64,000 bases of DNA, taken from positions 320,001 through 384,000 of the forward strand of contig CBDCEW010000105.1 of assembly GCA_965215885.1 (NCBI GenBank), read 5' to 3'. The first letter of the stretch is position 1, and every line of letters begins with the position of its first letter. The DNA comes from Candidatus Moanibacter sp. GTDB taxonomy: Bacteria; Verrucomicrobiota; Verrucomicrobiia; Opitutales; UBA2987. A program made the position numbers and the translations under genes. The notes below the pieces were generated by a model. The model saw nothing but the letters and a program-made list of their open reading frames with translations. It ran no database searches and was not told the origin of the DNA. Positions 35,667-46,305 of this stretch are shown here, one piece after another.

Positions 35667-37235
35667 ATGCCGAAAAGACTAGAGAATATCTCGATTGTGG
35701 CTGCCGCAACCGTAGGTTCGCGCGTTTTGGGATTGTTGCGTGACATTCTCCTCTTCGCGCTACTGGGTGCCTCGGCGCTGAATTCCGCCTTCTTAATTGC
35801 CTTTACTCTGCCCAATCTGTTTCGAAGACTGTTAGGCGAAGGCGCGCTTAGTTCGGCCCTGGTTCCGATGTTGTCGGAAGAACTGGAAGAGAATGGAGAG
35901 CAGGGCGCATTTCGCCTGCTTAATCAGGTATTTGCCCGGGTGTTTCTTGTTCTCCTGGTAGTGATAGTTCTGGGTTGCCTGACACTCTTGCTCCTGGGAT
36001 ACATCCCGGGTCTGTCGAATCGTTGGTATCTGTCTTTCGATCTCGGTATCGTTCTTCTTCCCTATGTGATATTTGTTTGTCTGGCAGCTGTGCTCGCGGC
36101 CGGATTAAACGTTTTGCGCCGTTTTGCCATCGCCGCCCTCTCTCAAGTCTGGTTGAATCTGGTAATCCTCTTTGCTTTGGGTTTTCTGGGCTACCTCCTG
36201 GCGGAGGACAATGTGGAGCTTGTCGGTTTTCTTTGTGGCGGAGTCCTGGTGGGTGGGCTATTGCAGCTTCTAATACCGGCTGTGGCACTGCGGAGAAGCG
36301 GATGGAGGCCTTATATAAGTATGGGTGGGTCCGATCGCCTGAAGCAGGTTTGGAAACTGTTTCTGCCCAGTGCGTGGGGGGCGGCGATTCTTCAGGTGAA
36401 CTTCATGGTCTCGCGATTGATTGCGTTGGCTTTGAACGATGAGGCGGTATCCATACTCTATCTCGCCAATCGTCTGGTTGAACTACCTCTCGGTATATTT
36501 GTAATCGCTGTCACAACCGTGGTTTTTCCTGAATTGGCCAAAGTTGCCGCAAAAGGAAATCTCCAAGAGTTCTTCGTTGCGTATCAAGAAGGAGCACGCC
36601 TGATACTGGCGATAACGCTGCCGGCAGGTTTGGGCCTATACCTCTTGAGAGAACCGATCTTAAGCCTTCTTTTCAAGTGGGGATCATTCGGAGTGAATGA
36701 TGTGGCAAACACCGTGCCTGTATTAACCGTTTTCGCAATTGGACTCCCCTTCTACGGTTTGGCGGCCATCGGCACGCGCGGGTTCCATGCCTTGAAGGAC
36801 ACGCGGACACCGTTCCGGTTGGCAGTGGTTAACTTCGTTCTGAATATAGGATTCAGTCTGCTTTTGTTCAGGCCATTTGGCATCGTGGGTTTGGCTGTAG
36901 CAAATGTCTCCGCCATAATGGTACATAGTTTCGCCATGCAGATACTCTTAAGGAGAAGATTTCGGCGGTCCGGAAGGAGCGGGGGATTTGCTCCCCTTCT
37001 GAAGATCTGTGGAGCCGCGATACTGATGGCGCTGGTTACCGATCTGGCGTGGGCGCTAGTGAGTGTCCTGGAACTGACCGGGAGAGCGAAATCTTCGATC
37101 GCCGTGTTTGTAATCGTTCCGTTTGCGGTGATACTGTATTTCCTGACGCTCCGTGCCTTTGGTCTCCGCGAGGTAAATGATTTGCAAGAGATGGTTCTCG
37201 ATTTCATTTCGAAGGTGTTCAGGCCACGTGTTTGA
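35667..37235 (+). CDS. murJ: Lipid II flippase MurJ
   Basis: SRVLGLLRD, PNLFRRLLGEGALS, ANRLVELPLG, DTRTP. Confidence 0.95.
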   Translation: MPKRLENISIVAAATVGSRVLGLLRDILLFALLGASALNSAFLIAFTLPNLFRRLLGEGALSSALVPMLSEELEENGEQGAFRLLNQVFARVFLVLLVVIVLGCLTLLLLGYIPGLSNRWYLSFDLGIVLLPYVIFVCLAAVLAAGLNVLRRFAIAALSQVWLNLVILFALGFLGYLLAEDNVELVGFLCGGVLVGGLLQLLIPAVALRRSGWRPYISMGGSDRLKQVWKLFLPSAWGAAILQVNFMVSRLIALALNDEAVSILYLANRLVELPLGIFVIAVTTVVFPELAKVAAKGNLQEFFVAYQEGARLILAITLPAGLGLYLLREPILSLLFKWGSFGVNDVANTVPVLTVFAIGLPFYGLAAIGTRGFHALKDTRTPFRLAVVNFVLNIGFSLLLFRPFGIVGLAVANVSAIMVHSFAMQILLRRRFRRSGRSGGFAPLLKICGAAILMALVTDLAWALVSVLELTGRAKSSIAVFVIVPFAVILYFLTLRAFGLREVNDLQEMVLDFISKVFRPRV

Positions 37236-37535
37236 ACTTGATCATTCCTGTCCTTCGGCAGGATTCTCCGAAACCCCACCAAGAGGCGGGAAATAGGCCA
37301 AAAAGGGGTTGTTCAATTTCGAAATTATGAAATTCTATAGAAGTTAGGCCGGGATGAGAAATTCTCGGTGGCCAAAGCATCTGCAGATTTGACCGTTATG
37401 AGGGAAATTCGGAGCAGTGTCCTTCTTTTGCCAGAAAATGGAACTTGCAGAAAAGGGCTGAGCCTTGTATTCTCTTATTGGTAAAAAGCTTTGGTGTGCA
37501 GTAGATTACTTAACTTATTACTTATTGGAGCTTAA

Positions 37536-37913
37536 ATGGATACGATTTATTTAGTAGAAGATAACCCGGATAATGCCGATCTGGTAGTGGACATGCTATC
37601 GGGAGACTTCGATGTTACCCATTTTGTGAGCGCGTTGGATCTGTTGGATTTCCTGGAGAAGTCCGAGAGTGTCGCACCTGCCGTATTTATCCTCGATATC
37701 AGCCTGCCCGGAATGGACGGAGTCGACCTTTTAAAGGCACTTAAGGAGGATGAGGAGTATAATAGGATACCCTCTTTGGCTCTGACAGCCCATGCTATGA
37801 AAGACGACAAACGGAGATTTCTGGATGCAGGGTTCGACGCCTATATGAGCAAACCGATAGTCGATGAAGAGGCATTGATAAGCGAAGTGAAGAGGCTTGC
37901 CAATTCGCCTTGA
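37536..37913 (+). CDS. Single-domain response regulator (DivK-like)
   Basis: VEDN, LDISLPGMDG, ALTAHAM, SKP. Confidence 0.92.
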   Translation: MDTIYLVEDNPDNADLVVDMLSGDFDVTHFVSALDLLDFLEKSESVAPAVFILDISLPGMDGVDLLKALKEDEEYNRIPSLALTAHAMKDDKRRFLDAGFDAYMSKPIVDEEALISEVKRLANSP

Positions 37914-37916
37914 TCG

Positions 37917-40556
37917 ATGAAATTGAGGAAACTGCTACCGAGATTTACGCTCTGGGCGCTGCCTTTGGTGTTGCTTGTGTTTGTCTTGGCGATTCTCGCC
38001 TTTCCCAAGCAACTATCGAGTGAATTGATTAGTAAAGAGCAGGCGATCTTTACGCTCACCAGCTGCATAGTAGTCGTAATTCTGTTTCAGTTTAACCGCA
38101 CCGACATGCGTTTGAGCAGGCTTTCTCGGGTGGCGAATTCCATTGGCAAGGGGAATTTCAGAGCGCGTTCAAACGACCCTGGGGATGATTCGCTCGGACG
38201 GCTGTCCAACTCCGTGAACGAGATGGCAGAGAGGATCCAGATAGCCATTGATGATTTGGAGGAATCGCAGGAGCAGTTGGAAGTGTCGGGCGCCAAACTT
38301 GAAAAGCAGAACGAGGAGTTGTCTCTGGCAGTGGGGCGGCAGGAGCAGTTTGGCGAATTTCTCTCCCAGATCTCCTCTATCGAAGTAAACGTCATAACGA
38401 ACGCCGCGATCGATTCGCTCACACAACTGACGAATTGTCAGGTAGGCCTTTTCTATCTTTACGATAAGCAGCGGAACGAATTGAACTGCATAACGAAAAG
38501 GAGCGTGGACCAATCTTTTCTGAGGAGTTTTTCGGGTGGCGGGGCGATGGATGGCCTTCCGGGAGAAGTGATCAGCAGGAGGGAGTGGATTTCGCTCGAA
38601 GATATGGATGAGGAAGCGCTGCCGCAGATAAACCTGGGCTTGGCTCGTGCCAAGATTCGCTGTCTCTATGGTATTCCCGTGATCTTTCAGAAGCGTTTAC
38701 TCGGTGTCGTTATTCTGGCCGGACTGAAGAGCATGGATTCGTCGACGAGACAGGTGCTCAAGAACCAGATCGATGCCTTGGCCAATTCCATTTCCAACGC
38801 CATAACCTACAGCTCGGTGCAGAAACAATCGATCCTTCTCGAAGAAGCTAATCAGGATCTCTTAACGGCGCACAAACAGAAGAGCGAATTCGTTGCCAAT
38901 ATGAGCCATGAGTTGCGCACACCCTTAAATTCCATCATCGGCTTTTCCGGTATTTTGCTGAAGAACAGAAAGGACAATCTTAAAGAGGCGGAGCTGAGCC
39001 GGGTGGAAAAGATTAACCGCAACGGTAGACACCTGCTAAGCCTGATCAACGACATCCTCGATCTCTCGAAGATTGAGGCTGGCCGGATGGATTTCGTCTT
39101 TGAAAATACCGATCTTATTATGGTGATCCGAGATGTGGTCGAAATGCTGCAGCCGCAAGCCGAGACAAAAGATATCGGGCTGGATGTCGAGGTCGCAGAT
39201 TCAGATATGATTGTTGCGGAGACCGATGGTCACAAACTCAAGCAGGTATTGATCAATTTAGTTGGGAATGCCATCAAATTTACCAAGACAGGATCGGTTA
39301 CGGTGCGTTGTGGCTGGCTAGATGCTTCTATGGGAAAGATTCGGCTCGAAGTCAACGATACCGGAATCGGGTTGCGCCGAGAGAGTGTCGAACAGATTTT
39401 TCAAGCATTTTCCCAGGCTGACAGCAGCACCTCTCGAGAATACGGGGGGACCGGTCTCGGTCTAACTATCTCGCGTTCCATGATCGAACTCTTGGGGGGC
39501 AGCTTGGAGGTAAGCAGCGAGGGTATCAACAAGGGTTGCACCTTTTCGATGATTCTGCCTGTGAAGAGAGGAGCAGCCGAGGAATCAAAGCGAAAGAAGG
39601 AGCCGCAAGAGAAGCCTGCAAGAGTGGCAGTCGAGGGAGGTGGCGACAAACAGGTAGAAGGAGAGAAGAAAGAGAAGGAAGAGAAAAAAGAGGAGAAAGT
39701 CGCAAAACCGGATTTGGATAGCAAAATGCCGGAGGACGCCGCCGCTAATTCCTTCAGAAAGCTGGTTACCTCTTCGGCGCCTCGACTTTCGACAGTTGAA
39801 CAGGATTCAAAATTGGAGTTGAGAAATGTACTTCCCATCCAGCCGGGAAAACGGATCCTGGTGGTTGATGACGATCCCGATGCGCGCGAGTTTATTATTC
39901 AGTATGTGAAGGAACTCGGTGCCGATTATAAAGAATGTGGTGAACCTCTCCAAGTCGTCGATCTTGTAAAAGAATACCATCCTGACCTGATTACACTCGA
40001 TATCATGATGCCCGAGAGTAACGGTTGGGAAGTACTGGCTAAGCTCAAGTCTGATACCGATGTTTCCGATGTTCCGGTGGTCATAGTGAGCATGGTGGCG
40101 GATAAGACGAAAGCAATATCTCTGGGAGCGGTGGATTCCTTGACGAAACCGGTCTTGCAGGATGATTTTCTGGCCTGCGTTAGACGATCGATCAATTCGG
40201 ATCAAATAGCTAACCGCAAGATTCTAATAGTTGATGACCAGGAAGATTATCAGGAGCTGATGAAGCTGTGGCTGGACGATAGTATTAACGAAATACGAAC
40301 AGCGGGCAACGGACGGGAAGCACTCGACATGCTCGAGACTTTCCGGCCCGATGTGATATTCCTGGATTTAATGATGCCGGTCATGGATGGTCTGAGTTTT
40401 CTCCAGGAATTTCGATCGAATGACAACTACGCGGGAATTCCAGTTATCGTCGTAACGGCCAAAAATCTCTCCCTGGAAGAGAGAAAGTTTCTCGAAACAC
40501 GATCCGAAAAGATACTTCACAAAGGTGAAGAGATATTTAATGAAGTCGTGCGGTAG
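37917..40556 (+). CDS. Hybrid histidine kinase (HAMP-GAF-HisKA-HATPase-REC-REC)
   Basis: [31 protein letters not shown]; two receiver domains. Confidence 0.93.
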   Translation: MKLRKLLPRFTLWALPLVLLVFVLAILAFPKQLSSELISKEQAIFTLTSCIVVVILFQFNRTDMRLSRLSRVANSIGKGNFRARSNDPGDDSLGRLSNSVNEMAERIQIAIDDLEESQEQLEVSGAKLEKQNEELSLAVGRQEQFGEFLSQISSIEVNVITNAAIDSLTQLTNCQVGLFYLYDKQRNELNCITKRSVDQSFLRSFSGGGAMDGLPGEVISRREWISLEDMDEEALPQINLGLARAKIRCLYGIPVIFQKRLLGVVILAGLKSMDSSTRQVLKNQIDALANSISNAITYSSVQKQSILLEEANQDLLTAHKQKSEFVANMSHELRTPLNSIIGFSGILLKNRKDNLKEAELSRVEKINRNGRHLLSLINDILDLSKIEAGRMDFVFENTDLIMVIRDVVEMLQPQAETKDIGLDVEVADSDMIVAETDGHKLKQVLINLVGNAIKFTKTGSVTVRCGWLDASMGKIRLEVNDTGIGLRRESVEQIFQAFSQADSSTSREYGGTGLGLTISRSMIELLGGSLEVSSEGINKGCTFSMILPVKRGAAEESKRKKEPQEKPARVAVEGGGDKQVEGEKKEKEEKKEEKVAKPDLDSKMPEDAAANSFRKLVTSSAPRLSTVEQDSKLELRNVLPIQPGKRILVVDDDPDAREFIIQYVKELGADYKECGEPLQVVDLVKEYHPDLITLDIMMPESNGWEVLAKLKSDTDVSDVPVVIVSMVADKTKAISLGAVDSLTKPVLQDDFLACVRRSINSDQIANRKILIVDDQEDYQELMKLWLDDSINEIRTAGNGREALDMLETFRPDVIFLDLMMPVMDGLSFLQEFRSNDNYAGIPVIVVTAKNLSLEERKFLETRSEKILHKGEEIFNEVVR

Positions 40557-40593
40557 AGAGGTGCAGAAAAATCTCCAGGAAGAGCTCTTGCGG

Positions 40594-41694
40594 ATGAACA
40601 TCCTCGTAGTCGACGATTTCGAGGATAATCGTGATCTCATCGTGACCCTCCTGGAGGATCAAGGATACAAGAATTTCCTTGAGGCGGAAGACGGGAAAAA
40701 GGCTGTGGAAATACTGGAGAGCAATGAGGTCATCGATCTCGTTCTACTCGATATCAACATGCCGAAAATGAACGGCTACGAGGTTCTCGATTATATGAAG
40801 AGCCACGATCAATTGCTCCCTATTCCAGTGATAATGGTGACGGCGGTCGATCAACAGGATAGTGTACTGAGGTGTATAGAGAAAGGGGCTGAAGACTATC
40901 TGACGAAACCGGTCGAGGAGACGCTCCTGTGGGCTCGCGTTCATGCCAGTCTCGAACGCAAATATCTGCGCAATAAGGAGCGTGAGTTACTTAGGCAGGT
41001 GCAGTCGGAAAAGAGGAAGACAGAAGAGATCCTCGATCACGTAATTCCGGAGAGCGTTGCCGAGCGTCTGCGTAGAGGTGAAGAGAGTATCGCCGACACG
41101 ATCGATGACACCACGGTGCTTTTCGCCGACCTTGTGGGTTTTACCGCCCTGTCGGCGACCGTAAACGCTGCCTCTTTGGTCCACATGCTCAATTATGTAT
41201 TCAGAGCCTTTGACGAGTTTGGGAAAGAATTGAAGTTGGAAAAGATTAAGACAATTGGTGATTCATATATGATCGTCGGAGGCATCCCACCGAATACCGA
41301 GGATCACGAGATTCGATGTATGCAATTCGCAAACAAAGCTTTAGATCATATCGACGTTTTTAACGAGGATCACCGGATGAATCTTCAACTGAGGGTCGGT
41401 TTACACAGCGGTCCCGTGGTTGCCGGTGTCATCGGCCAGACCCGGTTTACTTACGATTTATGGGGAGAGACGGTAAATCTTGCCAGTCGAATGGAGACGC
41501 TGGGAGTTCCAGGGAGAGTGCAAGTGACCCTTTCGACTTATGAGAGATTGCGGAGTCGTTTTGATTTCGAGCCGCGCGGTAAGATCGAAGTAAAGGGTAA
41601 AGGTGAAATGGAGACTTACCTTTCTCTGGCACCTTCTTTAACCGAAAGCGCCAGGATGAGTCTACAAGAACCGGAGGCTACCGCTTCCCATTAG
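40594..41694 (+). CDS. Receiver-domain class III adenylate cyclase
   Basis: VVDD..LDINMP; FADLVGFT, KTIGDSYM, YDLWGETVNLASRME; start uncertain. Confidence 0.92.
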   Translation: MNILVVDDFEDNRDLIVTLLEDQGYKNFLEAEDGKKAVEILESNEVIDLVLLDINMPKMNGYEVLDYMKSHDQLLPIPVIMVTAVDQQDSVLRCIEKGAEDYLTKPVEETLLWARVHASLERKYLRNKERELLRQVQSEKRKTEEILDHVIPESVAERLRRGEESIADTIDDTTVLFADLVGFTALSATVNAASLVHMLNYVFRAFDEFGKELKLEKIKTIGDSYMIVGGIPPNTEDHEIRCMQFANKALDHIDVFNEDHRMNLQLRVGLHSGPVVAGVIGQTRFTYDLWGETVNLASRMETLGVPGRVQVTLSTYERLRSRFDFEPRGKIEVKGKGEMETYLSLAPSLTESARMSLQEPEATASH

Positions 41695-41719
41695 TCCGGA
41701 AATCTCCGAGATTTTCGGA

Positions 41720-42841
41720 CTAACTAATAATTCTTTGCCATTGTCGCTCTTTCGCTTGATTGGCGGCTTTCAGTGCACCATTGGCGACGTGCTGCTTATA
41801 ATTCTCTCCGATGGAGCGCACCTTCGGTTCAGCAAAGCCGTCATTTTCAAGCAATCTCTGGAGAGTTGGAGCGATATCCCGAATACGGCTGCCACCTCCG
41901 GTCAGAACAATGTTCTGAAGCAGTTCCGATATGCTGTCGCCGTCGGCTTTGCCAATTAGATTTCTTACCTTCTCAAAAATGCGATTGAGCAGCTCATTGC
42001 AGGCAGTTGCGATTTGCTCACCAACTTGGAGTCTACGAGATTTTCCTCCTATAATCACATCTACCTCGATCGTGGGATCCGCTTCTCCGACGTAAGAGAA
42101 TTCCTCTTTGAGTTCCCGGACACGGTTGAGTGACAGCTGGCAGTCCGGGTAGGTCTGTAGGATTTCCTTCAAAAGGAGCTCATCCACCGCGTCGCCGGCG
42201 AAATCAATGCTGACTTGATCATCAGTGAGGGGAAAGTACCCCTGAACGAGACAGATATCGGCACTTCCCGCGCCGATGTCGATAAACATGGAGTTTCGGA
42301 CCGGGTCGACGTAATCCGGATCGTCCAGTCGGGACTCATCCCGGTAGCCGAGTGCCGCCAAAAAGGGTTCGGGAATAAGGATCACTTTGTCGAACACGCC
42401 CGTAACTGCAGTTCTCACGTTTTCACGGGAAGCGCTATCGGCCTGAGCGGGTACCCCGACGACCGCACGAATTTCAGATCCGTTCTCGATATTCAACCTC
42501 GATCTGAGGTGCCGGGCAAAATCGCGAGCCGGTTTCAAGTTCTGTATGATCCCTTTTCGGAGCGGCCGCTCCATATTGAGGTGTAGGCGCTGTTCAAGGG
42601 CTTCGATTCCAAAGAGAGTCTTATCGCCCCTCGGAAGGATTCCATCCAGGATGCCTTCATTGGCGTAACCGACAATGGTGGGAACGATTGTGTCGACCTC
42701 CGTCTGCTCGGAACCGCGAAATGATGCCTGGAGGCACGAGGTGTTGGTTCCCAAGTCGAGTCCGACCATCACGGGACGTTGCTGAGTGAGTTCCGAATTA
42801 GAACTCGAGATGGGTTTTGTGGTTTTGACTTTCTTAGACAT
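41720..42841 (-). CDS. MamK-like actin family ATPase
   Basis: GLDLGT, AVVGVPA, EPF, DIGAG, DQV, LQNIVLTGGGSRIR. Confidence 0.8.
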   Translation of the reverse strand: MSKKVKTTKPISSSNSELTQQRPVMVGLDLGTNTSCLQASFRGSEQTEVDTIVPTIVGYANEGILDGILPRGDKTLFGIEALEQRLHLNMERPLRKGIIQNLKPARDFARHLRSRLNIENGSEIRAVVGVPAQADSASRENVRTAVTGVFDKVILIPEPFLAALGYRDESRLDDPDYVDPVRNSMFIDIGAGSADICLVQGYFPLTDDQVSIDFAGDAVDELLLKEILQTYPDCQLSLNRVRELKEEFSYVGEADPTIEVDVIIGGKSRRLQVGEQIATACNELLNRIFEKVRNLIGKADGDSISELLQNIVLTGGGSRIRDIAPTLQRLLENDGFAEPKVRSIGENYKQHVANGALKAANQAKERQWQRIIS

Positions 42842-42861
42842 GGTGCATCTGAGATTTCGGG

Positions 42862-43404
42862 TTAGGTAAATGCTCGCAGAGGGCTTAGAGATCGTGCCAT
42901 CGGTTCGAATTCTTCCGCATTGAGCGCATCTATCATATCTCCGATATTGTGTAGAGGAATCTTCCTGCGTGTTGTAAAGAGTGGCATATGGTTTGTTTCT
43001 CGCGAGTCATCATCGATAGGCAATGCGGAGTCTGATTCTCTCTTTACGGCCGGATTACTGATTTCATTAATGGCTTTATTTGATTCGGTCGGATAGGGCA
43101 GATCATTCGTGTAATTCGTCATTTTCGGCAGCACATGTTTTGCCACGTGGTCGATCACTATTTGTTGGATTTTTTCTGCCTCGGTTATCTTGCGATATTC
43201 ATCAGAAATCATAGCGCGTACTCTAAGTTTACATTCCTCAGTACTCATTTCTGTAATATCGGCCCATTCGGAAATGAGGTTGGGTAGCTCATCTCGCATC
43301 AAAATACGCATCGCATCGCTTTCGCCCTCCCTGTAATGTATACAGGCTTCACGATAATGCGAAACGATCTCAAACCATAATATCTCAACCTTTTCAGTTT
43401 GCAT
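42862..43404 (-). CDS. Hypothetical protein upstream of the MamK-like gene
   Basis: 180-aa ORF ending 20 bp before the actin start. Confidence 0.65.
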   Translation of the reverse strand: MQTEKVEILWFEIVSHYREACIHYREGESDAMRILMRDELPNLISEWADITEMSTEECKLRVRAMISDEYRKITEAEKIQQIVIDHVAKHVLPKMTNYTNDLPYPTESNKAINEISNPAVKRESDSALPIDDDSRETNHMPLFTTRRKIPLHNIGDMIDALNAEEFEPMARSLSPLRAFT

Positions 43405-43781
43405 GTCTTACGTTGGTGTTTGGTTAGAAGGTAATCCGCGAATAGCCCTGCTACCAACAGTTTCACGGAAAAATTCGACAGCCGTTCGAAATCCACGCGC
43501 TTGGAGGACAGACTTGAAGCAACTAGTGTACCAGGGGCATTCCGTTTGAACGTGACGTCGGTTAACACTGAGTATTTACCTTTACGATATTGAAAAGGTT
43601 GGAGTAGGTCCGACAGGCTGCCAGGAGCGCTGTGCGGAAAAAAACTCCGGAAATTTCAACGTTCAGGCGGGAAATTCCTCCCTCACACCTTTTTCTTCAC
43701 GTAGGTTGGTGGGCTCTTATCAAAACCCCACTTTCGACTTCGAATGCAACCGGCCAGGGGCTGAGAGAATTTTCTCTACAG

Positions 43782-43858
43782 TGGCACACCCGGAGGGACT
43801 CGAACCCCCAACCTCCTGGTCCGTAGCCAAGCGCTCTGTCCAATTGAGCTACGGGTGC
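43782..43858 (-). tRNA. tRNA-Arg(ACG)
   Basis: GCACCCGTAGCTCAATTGGACAGAGC..CT-ACG-GA..GGTTCGAGTCC..CCA cloverleaf, 77 nt. Confidence 0.97.
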
Positions 43859-43983
43859 TTGAATTCGAATTGCGTTCGAAGAATTAAGAGAATCGGGCCG
43901 CCCTTTTCAAGTCGAACTTTTAGCCAGGAAAATCATCCGATTTCCTGGCCAGGAGCCCGTCGTACTTTCGATCCGACAGTTTC

Positions 43984-44358
43984 CTAAGCTGCCGACACTT
44001 TGGGAAGTTCCGAAGGTATATCGACTCCGTGGGGGTGTTTGCGCTTTACTTTCTTAAGTCGAGACCGCCTACGCAGCATCCGGTCCAGTTTGACGACCAG
44101 CTGATCAATTGACCTGTAGAGATCGTCCGTTGCGACCGAAGCGATCTTGGGCGGACCGTTTATTTCGATATGCCCTTTAGCGATATATTCATTCTGTTTG
44201 GAATTATGAGCATTGTACTCAAGTTCCACCCTTATCCTGATAATGTGACCCTCGTGACGAAACAGTTTGTCCATCTTTTCGGTAACGGCACTCTTAAGCG
44301 CCTCCGTGAGTTCGAGATGCACACCTGATATAATCAATTCGTCACTATTATCACTCAT
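43984..44358 (-). CDS. hpf: Ribosome hibernation factor HPF/RaiA
   Basis: ISGVHLELTEALK..DLYRSID..KLDRMLRR; ATG at 44358. Confidence 0.9.
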   Translation of the reverse strand: MSDNSDELIISGVHLELTEALKSAVTEKMDKLFRHEGHIIRIRVELEYNAHNSKQNEYIAKGHIEINGPPKIASVATDDLYRSIDQLVVKLDRMLRRRSRLKKVKRKHPHGVDIPSELPKVSAA

Positions 44359-44569
44359 TTGTATAGCCTTTCTTTTGGTTATTAGAGGAATAATCAAAAA
44401 TTCCTCGTTGAATAATACGCCGTTTGAAGCGAATTTCTGAAATTCGCCAAGCATATTGTAGTAGTGCAGGCCCTTCGATCTTCTGTGCAGAAAGTCTTCT
44501 CAAAGCTTCTCTAAACCTATACTATGAATCGCTTATTTGCAACATTCCTTTTCGAACAGGCTCTAACCA

Positions 44570-45427
44570 ATGCCGGATAACCGAGAACCCCCAGTAGGAA
44601 TCGGCCCGGAACCGGATCTTATCTCGTTGGAAGAACTCCGCGGTTGGATTCTTTTCGAGGATGAGAATTATCTCGTAGTAAACAAGCCGGGTTGGGTTGT
44701 TTGCCACCCGTCTAAGAGAGGTCCGTATTCAAGCCTGGTTGGAGCGTGCAGAGAGTATACCGGACTTGAGGTACTTCGGCTGGTGAATCGTCTCGATCGT
44801 GAAACCAGCGGTGTTGTCGTCTTCGCCAAGAATAGAATATCGGCGCGAGACTGCCAGAAAGCCCTGCAGGAAAGGCGGGTCGATAAGATTTACTGCGCCA
44901 TTCTCGATGGTAGACTGCAGGAAAGTATGATGATCAACAAGCCGCTCGCCCGCGATATTGAAAGCCCCGTCTATATCAAACAGACGGTTCGCAAATCCAA
45001 TAGCGCCCGGCGGGCCCGATCGTACTTTGAACCGATGGTGTCGCGAGAGGATTTCACTTTGACGAGAGTCTCGATCTTTACCGGTCGAAAGCATCAAATA
45101 CGTGCTCATGCCGAGTGGATGGGTCACCCAATTGTTGGAGACAAGATGTACGGGCCCGATGACACGCTCTATCTGGAATTTATCGAAAATGGATGGACGG
45201 ACCGGATGGAGACGCTCTTGCCCATTCATCGGCAGGCGATCCATGCGGCGTTGCTTCGATTCAGGCTATCTGACCGTACGCTGCAGTTTTCCGCCCCTCT
45301 CCCGGAGGATATTTCATACTTCTGTGCTGAGAAAATGCAACTGACAGAGATTGATATGAAGAATCTGGAGGCGAAACTTATTGGCGTGATTGGCGAATGC
45401 GGAGGAGCGAACAGATTGCCGCTTTGA
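44570..45427 (+). CDS. RluA family pseudouridine synthase
   Basis: NKPG, RLDRETSG, TGRKHQIRAH, HPIVGD. Confidence 0.92.
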   Translation: MPDNREPPVGIGPEPDLISLEELRGWILFEDENYLVVNKPGWVVCHPSKRGPYSSLVGACREYTGLEVLRLVNRLDRETSGVVVFAKNRISARDCQKALQERRVDKIYCAILDGRLQESMMINKPLARDIESPVYIKQTVRKSNSARRARSYFEPMVSREDFTLTRVSIFTGRKHQIRAHAEWMGHPIVGDKMYGPDDTLYLEFIENGWTDRMETLLPIHRQAIHAALLRFRLSDRTLQFSAPLPEDISYFCAEKMQLTEIDMKNLEAKLIGVIGECGGANRLPL

Positions 45428-46181
45428 CCGTTGCAACATGGGAATCGACTTGAACTTCGAATGGTACGTTCGATGGGGCTTCAAACGTGTAGACGAGGGG
45501 AGAGTGGTGTGCCAGAAGATAACATGATTCAGGCCAGTGGGGCCGAATATCGAGTACCAGAGAGGGGTAGAGGACACCGTTCCTGGAGGGATAGCCTTCG
45601 ATGATTGGAGATGGATCGATGCCGACGATAGGTTCGACCTCGGCGAGGGCGGATTCCGCCACGGAGGGGCGTTCGTCGGGATTCAATTCGTAGATATAAT
45701 ACCCCGTGGCATCGCAGTCCTCGTGCAGGCATATGGCGAGATCGAAGCTGGCGCGATGTTCCCTGAGCCAGGCAGTGTGGAGACGTGCTTCTCTTGTCGA
45801 AAGATGCCGATAGTCGCGATTGATGTCCTGGCCATCGGCATTGTCACGCTGATCGCGTGAGGCGCCTTCCGCGTTGAGAAGTGGAAAGAGGCACCAGTTG
45901 ACGTGGGCGGCGAAATCGTGATTTCGAAGGAGACGTAGAAGACTGAACGGTCCAGCCGTTTCGTTACCGTGAATACCGGCGGATAAGTATATGGCAGGGT
46001 CTTTGCGCTTAGACCGTCGAGTCAGTGTCACAAGCGGTGCCGCTCCGTCGTCACCATTGTGATGGATTTGAAAACGGGCACCTTTAGCGGCCTCTTCAAT
46101 ATCGGTAAGGTATCTGCTGAGATTGAGCTTCAACTGCCTTAATCTGGTATTTTCCCGCGGGATTCCACGGGCAGTTTTCAT
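45378..46181 (-). CDS. M14 family metallocarboxypeptidase / desuccinylase-like
   Basis: AGIHGNE, DINRDY, LHED, TFEAPS. Confidence 0.85.
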   Translation of the reverse strand: MKTARGIPRENTRLRQLKLNLSRYLTDIEEAAKGARFQIHHNGDDGAAPLVTLTRRSKRKDPAIYLSAGIHGNETAGPFSLLRLLRNHDFAAHVNWCLFPLLNAEGASRDQRDNADGQDINRDYRHLSTREARLHTAWLREHRASFDLAICLHEDCDATGYYIYELNPDERPSVAESALAEVEPIVGIDPSPIIEGYPSRNGVLYPSLVLDIRPHWPESCYLLAHHSPLVYTFEAPSNVPFEVQVDSHVATVKAAICSLLRIRQSRQ

Positions 46182-46305
46182 TTTGCTCGAAATTCACCCT
46201 TAAACGTATAGATATGGACCCAATTGGAAGGTGGTCGCAATGTTCGATTGCCCGTTACTTTCGGGAATTGCCGAGAGTTGAACATAAAAATTACGCTTTC
46301 TTGTT

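Noticed and set aside
41720..42841. Magnetosome island
   Set aside because: No other mam or mms genes nearby
43782..43858. tRNA-anchored genomic island
   Set aside because: No duplicated tRNA 3' end or phage-type integrase seen in the window
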